Assembly: GCF_001194135.2 (NCBI RefSeq)
Contig: NC_068985.1
Span: 81,023,249-81,087,248, forward strand
Origin: Octopus bimaculoides
Lineage: Eukaryota
Direction: 5' to 3'
Length of the DNA stretch: 64,000 bases
A model generated the notes under the pieces. That model worked only from the letters and a program-made list of their open reading frames with translations, was not told where the DNA came from and searched no databases. The position numbers and the translations under genes were made by a program. This document shows positions 38,280 to 50,602 of this stretch, piece after piece; the first letter of the stretch is position 1, and each line of letters begins with the position of its first letter.

Positions 38280-39030
38280 TTTAGGCACAAGACCAGCAAT
38301 TTTGACGGGAGGGGATTCATCAATACTATCACCTCCAGCACTTGACTTGCACTTTATTTCATCAGTCCCAGAACAATAAAAGGCAAAGTTAACTTTGGCA
38401 AAGTTTGTACTCAGAAAAAAAGAGCTGGAACAAATGCTGCAAAGTACTTTTTCTGAAGCTCTAACAATTCTGACAGCTTGTTACCTTTCAAAATAATGGT
38501 TTCAAATTTTGGTACAAGGCCAGCAATATCAGGGGGTGGGGAGTATGTCGACCCAGTGTTCAACTGGTACTTATTTTATTGACCCCGAAAGGATGAAAGG
38601 CAAAGTTGGCATCAGCAAAATTTGAACTCTGGACTTAAAGATGGATGGAATAGCACTAAGCATTTTTCCTGGCATGCTAATGATTCTACCAGTTCACTGC
38701 CTTAATGCTGCCTTTCAGAATAATAGTAATGGTTTCTAATATAGGCACAAGATCAAAAACATGTTAAAGGGAAAATTAGTAAATTGAATCAACCTTGGTA
38801 CTTGAATGGTACTCTCTTCATTGACACTGAAAGGATGACTAGTAATCATTTCTAACTTAGGTACAATGCAAAAAATTTTGAGAGGTGGGCATAACCCCAG
38901 TACTTAAATGATATTTCATTCCAATGACTCTGAAAAAAATGTTAGGCAAAGCTGACCTCAACAGGATTTGAACTCAAATTATAGATTGCCACAAAATTTA
39001 CTGCAAGGCATTTATGAGGCCTTTATGATT
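38280..39030 (-). mobile_element. Stack of about four SINE B copies of varying divergence
   Basis: Repeated aggcacaag..ggtactt..aggcaaagt..tttgaactc motif series. Confidence 0.75.
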
Positions 39031-40836
39031 CTGCCGTGTAATACATTTCAATGTTAGTAATAATGAAATTGCTAGAAACTCTCCCCAAATGTACTGCATC
39101 AAATGAACCTGGAATTTCTTATGTAGAGAAGACAGTTATGTTTTAATAAATGCAATTTAAGATTAAATAGTCCTAATTTATTTAGAAACAATGTTATTTC
39201 AATTGATTACTATTAAAACTCAGGGAAAGTGAATTATTTTATTTATTGTAGTGGAATCATTTAAGCTGTAAAAGTGTTTCGGCTTCATTAGAGCGAATTT
39301 CATGTGCTTTTCTAGAATGAGTCTTAATTGCTACATTTTAATTATGTCTACCTTACATAACCTTTATTTAAACATGATTTTAACCTGTTAATGACCATTA
39401 TACGTTTCCAGAAGACAAAATATTGTCAAATTTTTTTAGAGATATTTAAACTTGCTTCTGTTATAGACTAGAATACGAAGGAATATTTTTGTTGTCATCC
39501 ATGTGGTACATACATTGCACTGTAGCTTGATAGAATTCATAAGTTAAATATGTAGTGTAAAATAAATGACTCAGTTTAAATAGATAATGAATGAAGAGAT
39601 ATAGGTAAGTACACTCAGCTGATCCCAGTGGATTTCCAGTTGTGCATTTTTGCAGGTAGCAATAGTGTTTAGAAACCTTCACTGATATTATAAATTAACT
39701 CTCAATTAACACCACATGTGGTACCTTTTTGAATTTATCTTTGTTTCAGTCATGCTTTTTGTTTGTATTCACCGCCAGATGTCATAGTGGCATGTCGTTT
39801 TGATTTTGATCGTATGTTGTGTTCTTATTGACATCTCTGTATACTCTGATTGGAGATCCTTGATGTTATTCTTCTTATGGTTTTTCAGCATTCATCATCT
39901 TACACATCTGTTTTGTATGAATTCTGCTTGAAAAGTGTAATATTACACCTGAATGATATTTGGAAATTATATTCCATGCATATTATTTGTATCGTCCTTA
40001 GGCAGACCCTTGCTCTCAGATAGAATGACAGCATATTTATGCTTTGTTTCCCCTTTATGCTTATGATAAGAATAGAACACAAGTAAAAGGAATACAAAAT
40101 ATAAGCATTAGTCATTGAGGGGGCTTAAAATATTCTAACAATATATAGCTTTTAATCAAGGAATTATTTTCTTTTAATCTATTCTTTTATTGGGCAAATT
40201 CGATGAATAACTAGATAATAATTTTAATTGAAGATTGATAGTTCACATATTTATCAGATATTCTCTTAACTTATCAATAGTTTATTGATAAGTTTTAATG
40301 GTTTTTATATGCTAGAGCCTTATTTGGCAAAAATATATTACTATATATGTTGACAAAGAACTACTGTTGCAACTAAACAATATCATTGAATAGAAACAGG
40401 ATTGTATGGAAGCCTAATGAAAAAACCCATCTAATTGTTGTCACTAAGTGAATGTATTTATGTTTGTGCATTGTTCATTGTTCTATTGTTTTGCTGTGGG
40501 AATAATTTGTTTATTTGTTGAAAGAATTATCTGATTTTTCACATATTTCTTTTGAAATTTTTCTTTGCCAAAGATTTGTCATTGTGATAATACAGGAGCT
40601 TCAGCTTCTGCTTAGATGCTATTTGCATTATATTTTATTTACATAGTTGAATATGATCATAATTACTGATAGAATAAGTTGTTAGTTTCCCAACTTAGCA
40701 GTTATAAGTTAGCATTCCATCTTTGAGAGTATAAATAATGAAACCCATAAAGTAAGAAACGACCATTTAAGAGGTTAGCAGATCATAAACTGTTACTGAT
40801 ATTGCACTCCATTTATGGCTAAGACTGTAATTTTGA

Positions 40837-41054
40837 TTAAACCTTTAGCATTTAAACTGGCAATATCTGGCCAAATTATTCTACCTATTGTAGCTTGATA
40901 CGAGCTGGATCCAGCCTCTCACACCTATCCTACAAGGCCCCCCCCCCAAATTAAACTGTCACAGTGTCACATGAAATAATGCATGATTAATTCAAAACAA
41001 TGTGAATAAACAAGAATTACATTCAATAATGCAATTTGAATACTAAAGGGTTAA
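40837..41054. mobile_element. piggyBac-type MITE
   Basis: TTAA-acctttagcatt ... aatactaaaggg-TTAA. Confidence 0.75.
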
Positions 41055-41325
41055 TGTTTCATTAGGTAGCAAAGCTTTTTTTAGTTTTACTTGCATGTAT
41101 AGATTGAAATTAGATATAGTCACCTTCAAATTAACTTACTCTAGATCAGGGGTGGCCAAACCACGGTTTGCAAGCCACATATGGCTCTTTGACCTTTACT
41201 ATGTGACTTNNNNNNNNNNTACTAAAGGGTTAATGTTTCATTAGGTAGCAAAGCTTTTTTTAGTTTTACTTGCATGTATAGATTGAAATTAGATATAGTC
41301 ACCTTCAAATTAACTTACTCTAGAT

Positions 41326-43063
41326 CAGGGGTGGCCAAACCACGGTTTGCAAGCCACATATGGCTCTTTGACCTTTACTATGTGACTTGTGGAAATACGT
41401 TGGCTGAGCTCCTTTTTTCATCACAATTAATATAAAAAGCAAATAAGAAAAAATTCAATTTTTATAATTGTTTACTGGGTACGAATTAAAACCCCATTGG
41501 ATTAAAACATAAGTTTAATTTTCATGTTTGGTAAAAATATTTAAGAATTTAAATCCTAATTTTGATGCTAGATCTGAGTGAGGCATTGTTCTTTAGTGCT
41601 GAGGGAAGGAATGGTGGGAGGCAGGGGAATGAAAGAAATTTCTGGTCAGCAAGGGTTACAGAGGTATGTCAGAAGACTGTGGTCATGGGTAAGGGGATTA
41701 AAGGTTTTGGTGTGCCGGAGGAGTGAGAGTGGTCACAGGTGGCTTAATGAGTCTAGGCCCAACTGCACTCATGTCATGTACATTAATGCAGTCTAACACA
41801 AGACGTTGAACTGTGCAGGCCTAGTTGGTACACTTTGAATACAAGTTTTGTTTAAATGTGTCTGTGAAAATTTTGTGAAGGAAGATGGCCTCCTCAAATT
41901 GTAAGAAACAAAAATAAGGAGATGAAAGCAGAAACTTTAAGCCAGAGTGGCAGGAAGATTTTGCATTCACCGTTAAAGGAGGTAAACCTTTGTGCCTTAT
42001 CTGCCATGTGTCATTCAGTCATTACAAAGCCACTAACTTGAAACACCACTATGAAACAAATCACAAAAACTTCCCATATGATTATCCACCTAAATCAAAA
42101 TAAAGGTAAAACAAGTTAACTGTGTTAAAATCATCACTAAATAGCCAGTGGACTCTGTTGACAGCATTCAGTAAGGGAGTTGATACAATGACTGATGCCA
42201 GTTTTGTTATGTCATGGAATATTGCTCATGCTAAACGCCCATATTCTGATGGTGAATTTGTTAAGAAGAATATAGCTGAAGTTGTTGCAGTGTTAGATCC
42301 AAATAACACAAAACTTCAGCAATTAATAGCACAAACACCAGTTTCATGCCACACTACAGAGAAGTGTATCTCTCAGATCAGTGCTGATGTTGCAGGCAAA
42401 ATGCCAAATGATTTTAAAAATTCTCTTGCATTCAACTTAACTCTTGATAAATCAATGGACATATAAGACAACCCACAACTGACAGTATTTATTCATTATG
42501 TCTCTTCTGATGTAACTGTGAAAGAAGAGATGTTGGACTTAATGGCATTAAAAGAAACAACTTGTGGTGTTGACATTAAAAATGTACTTGGCAGGACCTT
42601 AAAAAATGCTGATGTTCCACTGAATAAACTTGTCAGTGTTGCAACAGATAGATGGAGCACCTGCAATGGTGGGAAAATGTAGGATTAATTGCACTTATGA
42701 AAAATGATCCTAGCTTTCCAGAGTTTCTCCCTGTTCATTGCATTATTCATCATGAACACCTGACAGCCAGATACTTCAAGTATGAAGATGTTATGAAATC
42801 TGTCCTTGAAATTGTCGATTTCATACACTTAAATGGGAAGACTCACTGACAGTTCAGAAATTTTATTGAAGAGCTGGAGCTTGAAGATAAACCCCCCAGT
42901 GATGTCTCCTTCTACTGCATTGTGAGGTAGAAGAGACATATTGTCAAGAAACTTCAATCACTTTCCTAATCTTAGTAGGAGAGTAAATACATTCCCAGAT
43001 ATTGAAATAAAAGACCACAAACTGGAAGAATACAAAAATAAATTACAAGGACTGCCACCCCTG
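41326..43063 (+). mobile_element. hAT (Charlie/SPIN-like) transposon with a 3' internal deletion
   Basis: Termini caggggtggc / gccacccctg; 8-bp TSD ctctagat (41318-25) / ctctggat (43064-71); transposase relic from ~41885 with BED-like 'PLCLIC..NLKHHYETNH', 'LTLDKSMDI', 'VATD/GAPAM' and 'VHCIIHHEHL'. Confidence 0.92.
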
Positions 43064-43159
43064 CTCTGGATACACAACATGATATCTTTGAAAGTGATTC
43101 TGTGACTCTGGAGATTATGAGAAGTGAGCACAACTGTTATAATCTGTTTTTTTTTTGTT

Positions 43160-43295
43160 TTTTTTTTTTGCAAAACACTGGCTGCCAGATCAGATTGGAG
43201 CCTGGTGCAGCCATCTGGTTTGCCAGTCCTCAGTCAAATCGTCCAAACCATGCTAGCATGGAAAGCGGACATTAAACGATGATGATGATAATGAT
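43160..43295 (+). mobile_element. RTE 3'-tail fragment with (GAT)n
   Basis: Reverse complement of 19910-20030. Confidence 0.8.
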
Positions 43296-43609
43296 GACTG
43301 GACTATGTTATATTCATCCAACAGTGGAGTGAATAAGAAAAGAGAATAGCTTGGTGGTACTGAAACCTTCCCCTAACTGAAAGTTGACAAGCAATTTAGT
43401 GGTTGACACAAGAAAAAGAATTGATTAGAATCAATTTTTCTTCTGGTGAGGATTAAAATTCAAATTTAGAAGAGATGGAAATTAAGATTGCTTGATCTTA
43501 ATGACTTCTTCAAGTGAAGTAAAACTATTCCAGTTAGGAATTAAAACTAAGCCACAGACATGCTGGTACCTTATTTCTTATTCTATGGCAGTTACTACAA
43601 CAGCTAAAT

Positions 43610-43810
43610 ATTTGTTTCAAATTTTGGCTCAAGGGCAGCAACTTTGGGGAAGTGATAAGTCGATTACATCAACTCCAGTGCTCAGCTGGTACCTCTTTAT
43701 CCACTCTGAAAGGATGAAAGATAAAGTCGACCTCAGCAAAATTTGAACTCAGAATGTAAAGATGTACTAAATGCTGCTAAACATTTTTGCCAGCTCATTT
43801 ATTGCCTTAG
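43610..43810 (-). mobile_element. SINE B
   Basis: Reverse complement of the B consensus. Confidence 0.75.
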
Positions 43811-44707
43811 AACAGTTAAATATTGCAAACAGCAATATCTCAAGTCAAATTTTTTTATAGCAAGAATTTTGGAATTTGGAAAATTAATAATTTTAACATC
43901 AAATAAGCACTACAATTCTATCATTATCGTAATTATCATTGTCATCCTCATCAATATTTTAATATCTATTTTCCATGCTAACATGGTTAGACAGGTTTGA
44001 TACAAGATGTATTTCCATTTGTCTTGACTTTCTCATCTGAAAAGGCCAGCATCTTGTAATCTGATTTCCCAACTTCTTCCCACGTTATCTAATTGTCTTA
44101 ACATCAAAAATGGACATTGCAATGATAAGGCTCCTTTACACCTTGATTATTTTTAAGTTTTAGAATTGCTATTCTGTAGTGAAAGAGATTCTGTTATACT
44201 TCTGAAACAAGCACTATGGCACACAAGGTATTATGATAATTTAATTAGGATTAAGAAATCTCTAAATGTTGATATGATTATTATTATTATTACTTATAAT
44301 GATGAGCATCATAAAGCACAGAGCAATAAGTTTCCAGTGAGATGAATTCATAGTGTGGATTTGATTTACAGTTGTTATCTTCAACTTTAATTCCAAGAAA
44401 CTTAACTAAGAAATTATTATTTAAATAAATAAGAAGATGCTGTTACATTCTTGTCTATTTATAACCATTTCAGGCCATTACACTGAAGTCATTGTGATGA
44501 GGTATTTATGTTTTCACTTGCTTTGGTATCCATGGCAATGCCAGCAACATCAAAATAATTAAGAGTAGAGCTTATGTTCATTAACAATAAATATCAGCAT
44601 GCATTTCTTAGAAATCGTAAAGTGCTTTTTCTATTGGATTGTATGAAACTAACGAACTTTCTATTGCTGTGTATATATTATATCTATACATTAATTACAA
44701 TAATGGA

Positions 44708-45065
44708 TGGTAGCATGGCTGCATGGTTAAAGAAGTTTGCTACACAACTGTGAGGACCTGGGTTCAATCCCATTGTGTGGCATCTAAGGCAAGTGCAATT
44801 ACCAAATGTTTGGGTTGACCACAGCCTTATGAATGAATGTTGGTACAGAGAGAGTGTATAAAAGCAGTTGGCTGGACTCTACTTGTAATTAAAAAATTCA
44901 ACCTAACTACATTTGTGTCATGTTTATTCTACCTCAGAACTGTGTTAAGGGTACATCTGCATGTAGAATACCTAGCTATTTTGCATAATAACTCAATGAG
45001 TGGGTTATTCAGTTGATCAAGCAGTTGGATTTTCTCAAGTCAAAATTGATGTGAAAGTGCCTGGG
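44708..45065 (+). mobile_element. Old SINE with an A-type head and a D-type 3' module
   Basis: gggttcaatccca..aaggcaagtg head; cagaactgtgttaagggtacat body. Confidence 0.6.
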
Positions 45066-45544
45066 GCTTAGAATAAAATGCCTGTAGGATGTATAAGGAT
45101 TTGAATTATTGTCTAATAGTGAGGGGCTCAAATTTTAGTATATTTATTGATTGATATGTTTAGGTCACAAATGTAATTGCTTGCTGAAATTTGCCCATTT
45201 GACAAAATAAGTATGTGAAAAAGCAAACTAACAAAATACTATATTGCAAAGACAAAAATCACACATGTGCCAACATGCAAAGATATATGTAGACAGCTTA
45301 GATTGAGGTGATTTTTTTTTTTTTGCTTTTCACAAAAAATGTATTGGTTCTTACATGTGTGCATGTGGATCTGAAAATACACTTCAGTTATGTACTTACA
45401 TATAAGTTCAACAGTGGGTAAATATAAATGTGTCTGTTTATGTATGTCACCACACATATTCGGGTTCATATCTATACAGGCTCATGTGCATATATCTATA
45501 TGTATATTGGTACAAATATGTTTGTGTGTGTGTGTGTGTGTGTG

Positions 45545-45858
45545 TGTGGTGGTAAGAAGCTTGCTTCCTGACTACACAGTTCTAGGTTGAGTCCCACTGA
45601 GTGACACCTTGGGCAAGTATCTTGTATATATGTATATATCTATGAGTATGTGTTTTTGTGTCTGTTTGTGTTTCACCACTGCTTGACAACCAGTGTTGGT
45701 GTGTTTACATCTTCATAACTTAACAGTTCAGCAAAAGAGACCAATAGAATAAGTACCAGGCTTTAAAAAAATGTCTTGGGTTTGATTTGTTCACCTAAAA
45801 TCCTTTAAGGCAGTCCTCCAGCATAGCTGCAGTCAAATGACTGAAACAAGTAAAAGAA
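45545..45858 (+). mobile_element. SINE family A, internally deleted
   Basis: A consensus head and tail. Confidence 0.8.
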
Positions 45859-45864
45859 TATATA

Positions 45865-46079
45865 TATATTCTTTATTTGTGAATTAAGGTTATCATTGGT
45901 TTTATATTAAGAAAAGTAGGAAAATATCATAGTGTCTTAACAATTTTTCAAGCCATGGAGGTGAATACCTTGCTCCATGTGATTGGCTTGAAAAATTGTT
46001 TAGACACTAGGATATTTTCCTACTTTTCTTAACATGAAATCAATGGTAGCATTAATTCACAAATAAAGAAATTATATAT
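45865..46079. repeat. ~215-bp near-palindromic foldback element
   Basis: Arms 45865-45955 and 45984-46079; the inner 47 bp have 2 mismatches. Confidence 0.9.
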
Positions 46080-46123
46080 CCACTAATGCAGTGTCGAGAA
46101 CTCATTTCATTGTTCGACATTTA

Positions 46124-46160
<37 letters not shown>

Positions 46161-46809
46161 NNNNNNNNNNNNNNNNNNNNNNNNNNNNNNNNNNNNNNNN
46201 NNNNNNNNNNNNNNNNNNNNNNNNNNNNNNNNNNNNNNNNNNNNNNNNNNNNNNNNNNNNNNNNNNNNNNNNNNNNNNNNNNNNNNNNNNNNTAGGAAAA
46301 TAAAAAATAATAAGGCAGAATGCTAAACATAAAGCATATTTTAATATAGATGTGTATAAGGAGGATTAAAAAGGATTTCTAACCGGCTTTCATTGCATGA
46401 CAAATTTTCAAGAAGAGGGAGAATGAAAATGTTTTTTACAAAAGAATAAAAAATAATATATGAAAAAATAAATATACCAATACATTATATTGTCTTTGAG
46501 CTTATAAAGTTCAATGGTAATCCTTGTAGATAATTGTTAGAAAGGATGCATGAAATTAAAAGTTGTGTTGTTTAAAAAAAAGGAGCAGGAAGTGTGGTGT
46601 CAAAACAGGAAGTGTGTGTAAGGGAAGACAAATCTGTGGGTTTTATACTCTTTAGCTGGAGTTCTGAACTCTTTGTCAACAAGAAGTTTATGTCTGTTCT
46701 TAGAGAAACAAGAAGTATATTTATATATTAAGTGTTTGGAATATCTCTATAAAAAGATTCTCTTGTTTTTATTTTCCTATTATTTCTCCACGTGTGGTTA
46801 ACACAACCC

Positions 46810-46962
<153 letters not shown>

Positions 46963-47074
46963 TAGCAGCTAAGCCTTGTTTCACCCAGCTAGTTTGGATG
47001 ATGTGGCTGTAAAACCTGCTCTGTGTAAGCATTCGACTTGTTTGGGCATGCTTATGTTAAAAAACAATTCTAGA

Positions 47075-47250
47075 ATTATTTTTTGTCAAAAAAACTAAAA
47101 ATAACTGATCAATGGAATATTGAGGTTATCCCTATTGTCATTGGAGCATTGGTTTCATTACCACCCAATCTGAAAAAACATCTGACAACCCACAGTCGAC
47201 ACAATATCTTCAATCAACAACCTCACGATATTGTATACTGTGCGACGTCT
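47075..47250 (+). mobile_element. Degraded R4/Dong-type REL C-terminal fragment
   Basis: 'DQWNIEVIPIVIGALVSLPPNLKKHL'; followed by (AAT)n. Confidence 0.75.
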
Positions 47251-47269
47251 ATAATAATAATGATAATAA

Positions 47270-47490
47270 TTATCCTTTCCCCTATAGGCACAAGGCATTA
47301 AATTTGGGCAGGGGGGGGGGTAATTGATTACATCAACCCCAGTACAGAACTGCTACTATTTTATTGACTTGAAAATGATGAAAGGTAAAGTTGACCTTGA
47401 TGGAATTTATACTCAGAACGTAAAAAGAGACAAAATACCAATGAGTATTTTGTCCAGCATGCTATTGATTCTGCCAGCTTGCCACCTTAA
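47270..47490 (-). mobile_element. SINE B
   Basis: Reverse complement of the B consensus. Confidence 0.8.
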
Positions 47491-47589
47491 TAATAATGCT
47501 GATGATGATAATAATAATGATGATGATAATAATAATAATAATAATGATAATAATAATAATAATAATAATAATGATAATAATAATAATAT

Positions 47590-48586
47590 AAATGCAAAAG
47601 AAATAGACAGAGAAAAATCCCAGCAATGGTTGAGATGCTCAGGACTCAAAGCAGAGACTGAAAGATTTTTAATTGCTGCACAAGACCAAAGCCTCCCCAC
47701 CAGAAATTACCAAAAACATATAATGAAAAGAAACATAACAAGTAACTGTAGAATATGTGGAGCTGGACNNNNNNNNNNNNNNNNNNNNNNNNNNNNNNNN
47801 NNNNNNNNNNNNNNNNNNNNNNNNNNNNNNNNNNNNNNNNNNNNNNNNNNNNNNNNNNNNNNNNNNNNNNNNNNNNNNNNNNNNNNNNNNNNNNNNNNNN
47901 NNNNNNNNNNNNNNNNNNNNNNNNNNNNNNNNNNNNNNNNNNNNNNNNNNNNNNNNNNNNNNNNNNNNNNNNNNNNNNNNNNNNNNNNNNNNNNNNNNNN
48001 NNNNNNNNNNNNNNNNNNNNNNNNNNNNNNNNNNNNNNNNNNNNNNNNNNNNNNNNNNNNNNNNNNNNNNNNNNNNNNNNNNNNNNNNNNNNNNNNNNNN
48101 NNNNNNNNNNNNNNNNNNNNNNNNNNNNNNNNNNNNNNNNNNNNNNNNNNNNNNNNNNNNNNNNNNNNNNNNNNNNNNNNNNNNNNNNNNNNNNNNNNNN
48201 NNNNNNNNNNNNNNNNNNNNNNNNNNNNNNNNNNNNNNATGACAACGTTTCCCTAAAAGAAATGGAGAAACTTTCAAAATACAAAGACTTGGAAATAGAG
48301 GTAACTCGAATGTGTAATCTAAAAACAGAAACAATTCCTACCATAGTAGGTGCCTTAGGTATAATAAAAAAATATTCAGACAAATACATAACAAAAACAC
48401 CAGGACTTACAAATATATATAACATACAGAAAATTGCACTACTGGGCACTGCACACATCCTATGCAAAACACTTTCAATACAGTAACCATAAGAGCATCA
48501 CAGCAAACCACAGCACATACCTAAGGCACACAGAGCTGCGCTTGGTAGTGAAGTGAAAGCACGATATAAAAATAAAACTACTGAAC
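47590..48586 (+). mobile_element. R4/Dong-clade non-LTR element, 5'-truncated, in (TAA)n; N gap inside
   Basis: 'WLRCSGLKAETERFLIAAQDQSLPTRNY..CRICG' and 'IVGALGII..IQKIALLGTAHILCKTLSIQ*'. Confidence 0.92.
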
Positions 48587-48609
48587 AATAATAATAATAA
48601 TAATAATAA

Positions 48610-48806
48610 TCATACTTCCTAATATAGGCACAAACCTGAAATTTTTGGAGAGGGGATAAGCCGTTTATTTTGACCCCCAGTGCTCAAATGGCACTTCATT
48701 TATCAATAATGAAAGGCAAAGTCAACCTTGGTGGGATGTGAAGACAGATGAAATGCTGCTAAGCATTTTGACTGGCATGCTAATGATTCTGCCAGCTCAC
48801 CACCTT
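48610..48806 (-). mobile_element. SINE B
   Basis: Reverse complement begins aaggtggtgagctggcagaatcattagc. Confidence 0.8.
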
Positions 48807-48821
48807 ACAAAAGTGTGAGAT

Positions 48822-48939
48822 GCTTACAGCACCTAAGTTTTCCAAGTGGTCACTCATCTAAGTACCAACTAGGCTCAATGTTGCTTAACGTTGGTGACTG
48901 GACAAGAACTGGTACATTCAATCTGGTATAGCCATAAGC
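48822..48939 (-). rRNA. 5S rRNA pseudogene, full length (118 nt), with CpG-type decay
   Basis: Reverse complement gcttatggctataccagattgaatgtaccagttcttgtccagtcaccaacgttaagcaacattgagcctagttggtacttagatgagtgaccacttggaaaacttaggtgctgtaagc is collinear with the metazoan 5S consensus; terminal helix GCTTA/TAAGC; TTTT ~10 nt downstream. Confidence 0.88.
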
Positions 48940-48951
48940 AAAGAATAAGCA

Positions 48952-49005
48952 TTCCCATGCTGGGAATAAAACCCGGGCCACTTGGGTGAAAGCTAGGAAT
49001 CATAA
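48952..49005 (-). tRNA. tRNA-Glu(TTC) pseudogene, missing ~19 nt at the 5' end
   Basis: Reverse complement ttatgattcctagctTTCacccaagtggcccgggttttattcccagcatgggaa matches the anticodon arm, T arm and 3' acceptor strand of metazoan tRNA-Glu. Confidence 0.82.
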
Positions 49006-49066
49006 TAATAATAGTAATAATAATAATAATAGTAATAATGATAATAATAATAATAATAATAATAAT

Positions 49067-49346
49067 CCCTACAAGAAGTGCAAAAAATCATGTTAACTGG
49101 AACGACTCATGTACTGAGAAGAGCATTATCGCTGTGAAAACAACATCCATTCATGAATTTTTAAAAATTTTTATTTAAAAAAAAATTTTTTTATTTATTA
49201 ATTTTTTTTTTTAAATACATACTTTACCTGTGAATTTGCGTGTGTAAACTGGGAATGCATACAATGAGTTTCTCTGCCCTAGGTGTACGAAAAACACTCG
49301 GCGAGAAATGGAAGAAAATTTGAAGAAAGACGAAAAAAAATCAACA
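49067..49346 (+). mobile_element. Short 5'-truncated R4/Dong element of a second family, in (TAA)n
   Basis: 'QEVQKIMLTGTTHVLRRALSL*' plus a distinct 3' UTR; (AAT)n on both sides. Confidence 0.75.
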
Positions 49347-50019
49347 TAATAATAATAATAATAATAATGATAATAATAATAATAATAATAATAATAGTAA
49401 TAATCCTTTCTGTCAAAGGCACAAGGTCTGAAAATTCTAGGTTTTTATGCAGATCTGTGTGATCTGCATAAAATAAGAATCATTTCTAATTTAGGCTCAA
49501 TGGCAGCAATTTTGAGAGGAGAGGATTAGTTGGTGCCATCCACTTTCATGCTTGACTGGAACTTTATACCAATGATAGCTGAGAGATGAAAGATGTCTTG
49601 GTAGAATTTGAAGTCAGAACATAAAGAAGCAGAAGAAAGACATTACACATCCAGTGGAGCACACTAGCTTCATTCATCTCTGGTCTTTACATTTCCTCTG
49701 CATTCAGGTCCATGCTTCACTACCATGTAGGTTTGCTGTTCGTACACATGCATCATACAATCTTCCTTTCACTCCTTATAGTACTGACTCTCCTGGAATT
49801 GACTAAAAAGCATGTAGACATATTTCTAACTGATAACCCAAGGACTTACAAACATTTACAATATACAAATGCTAGTACTTCTAGTCACTGCACATGTATT
49901 ACGTATTTTCAATACAACAGAAAATACAAGACCAAAACAAAATGTTGCACATACTCAAGGTTGCATTATGTTGTATTTGATAATGCCATGAAAACATGAG
50001 ATTAAAAATAAAGTTACAA

Positions 50020-50058
<39 letters not shown>

Positions 50059-50067
50059 TGATGATGA

Positions 50068-50602
50068 TGCAGTGGCTCCCATGGCTCCTGATCTTAACTG
50101 ATTGAAAGTGTTATCATGTACATGTTTTGTCTTGGTGTAAAAGATGGGCTACAGCAAATATTCTGTTCAGTACCACAAATTTGCTTGTCAGTTGTTTGAC
50201 TGTAACCAGTCGAGTATGTCCCTTAGTGGCTGACAATATGTGTATCTCTGATCATGCACAGAAGTAGGGGGAGCATCATAGCCATGTATTGAGAGGAATT
50301 CTTTGGGGTTTAGATAATTCATCTCTGGAAACATGGGTGTTTCATTCAACAGCCTTAAACTACCCTTATTCAGGGATCTTTTGAGTGGGATGGGCTACTC
50401 AATCTGAAGAAAATTCTAACTGGGCCCCACCTGCAAGGTCATATGCTGTTTATCTTGATATGAGATCACCATGTCATGCCCATATAGTTGTGATGCATGT
50501 GTCTCGCTTACTCTTATTAGACAGGTACTCATGATGGGTATACTGGGCTTTGTATATTTAATCCCAGTGTCACTTTGGTGGCATACACTGCTCTCTCACT
50601 CA
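50068..50602. mobile_element. Family 'C' repeat, copy 2
   Basis: Collinear with 12645-13197. Confidence 0.85.

Noticed and set aside
39270-39300. Minus-strand ctaatgaagccgaaac, hammerhead-like
   Set aside because: The core is mutated and there is no room for stem II.
41041-41388. Exact ~170-bp tandem duplication that includes the hAT left end
   Set aside because: The two copies flank a 10-N gap, so this is a contig-overlap assembly artefact.
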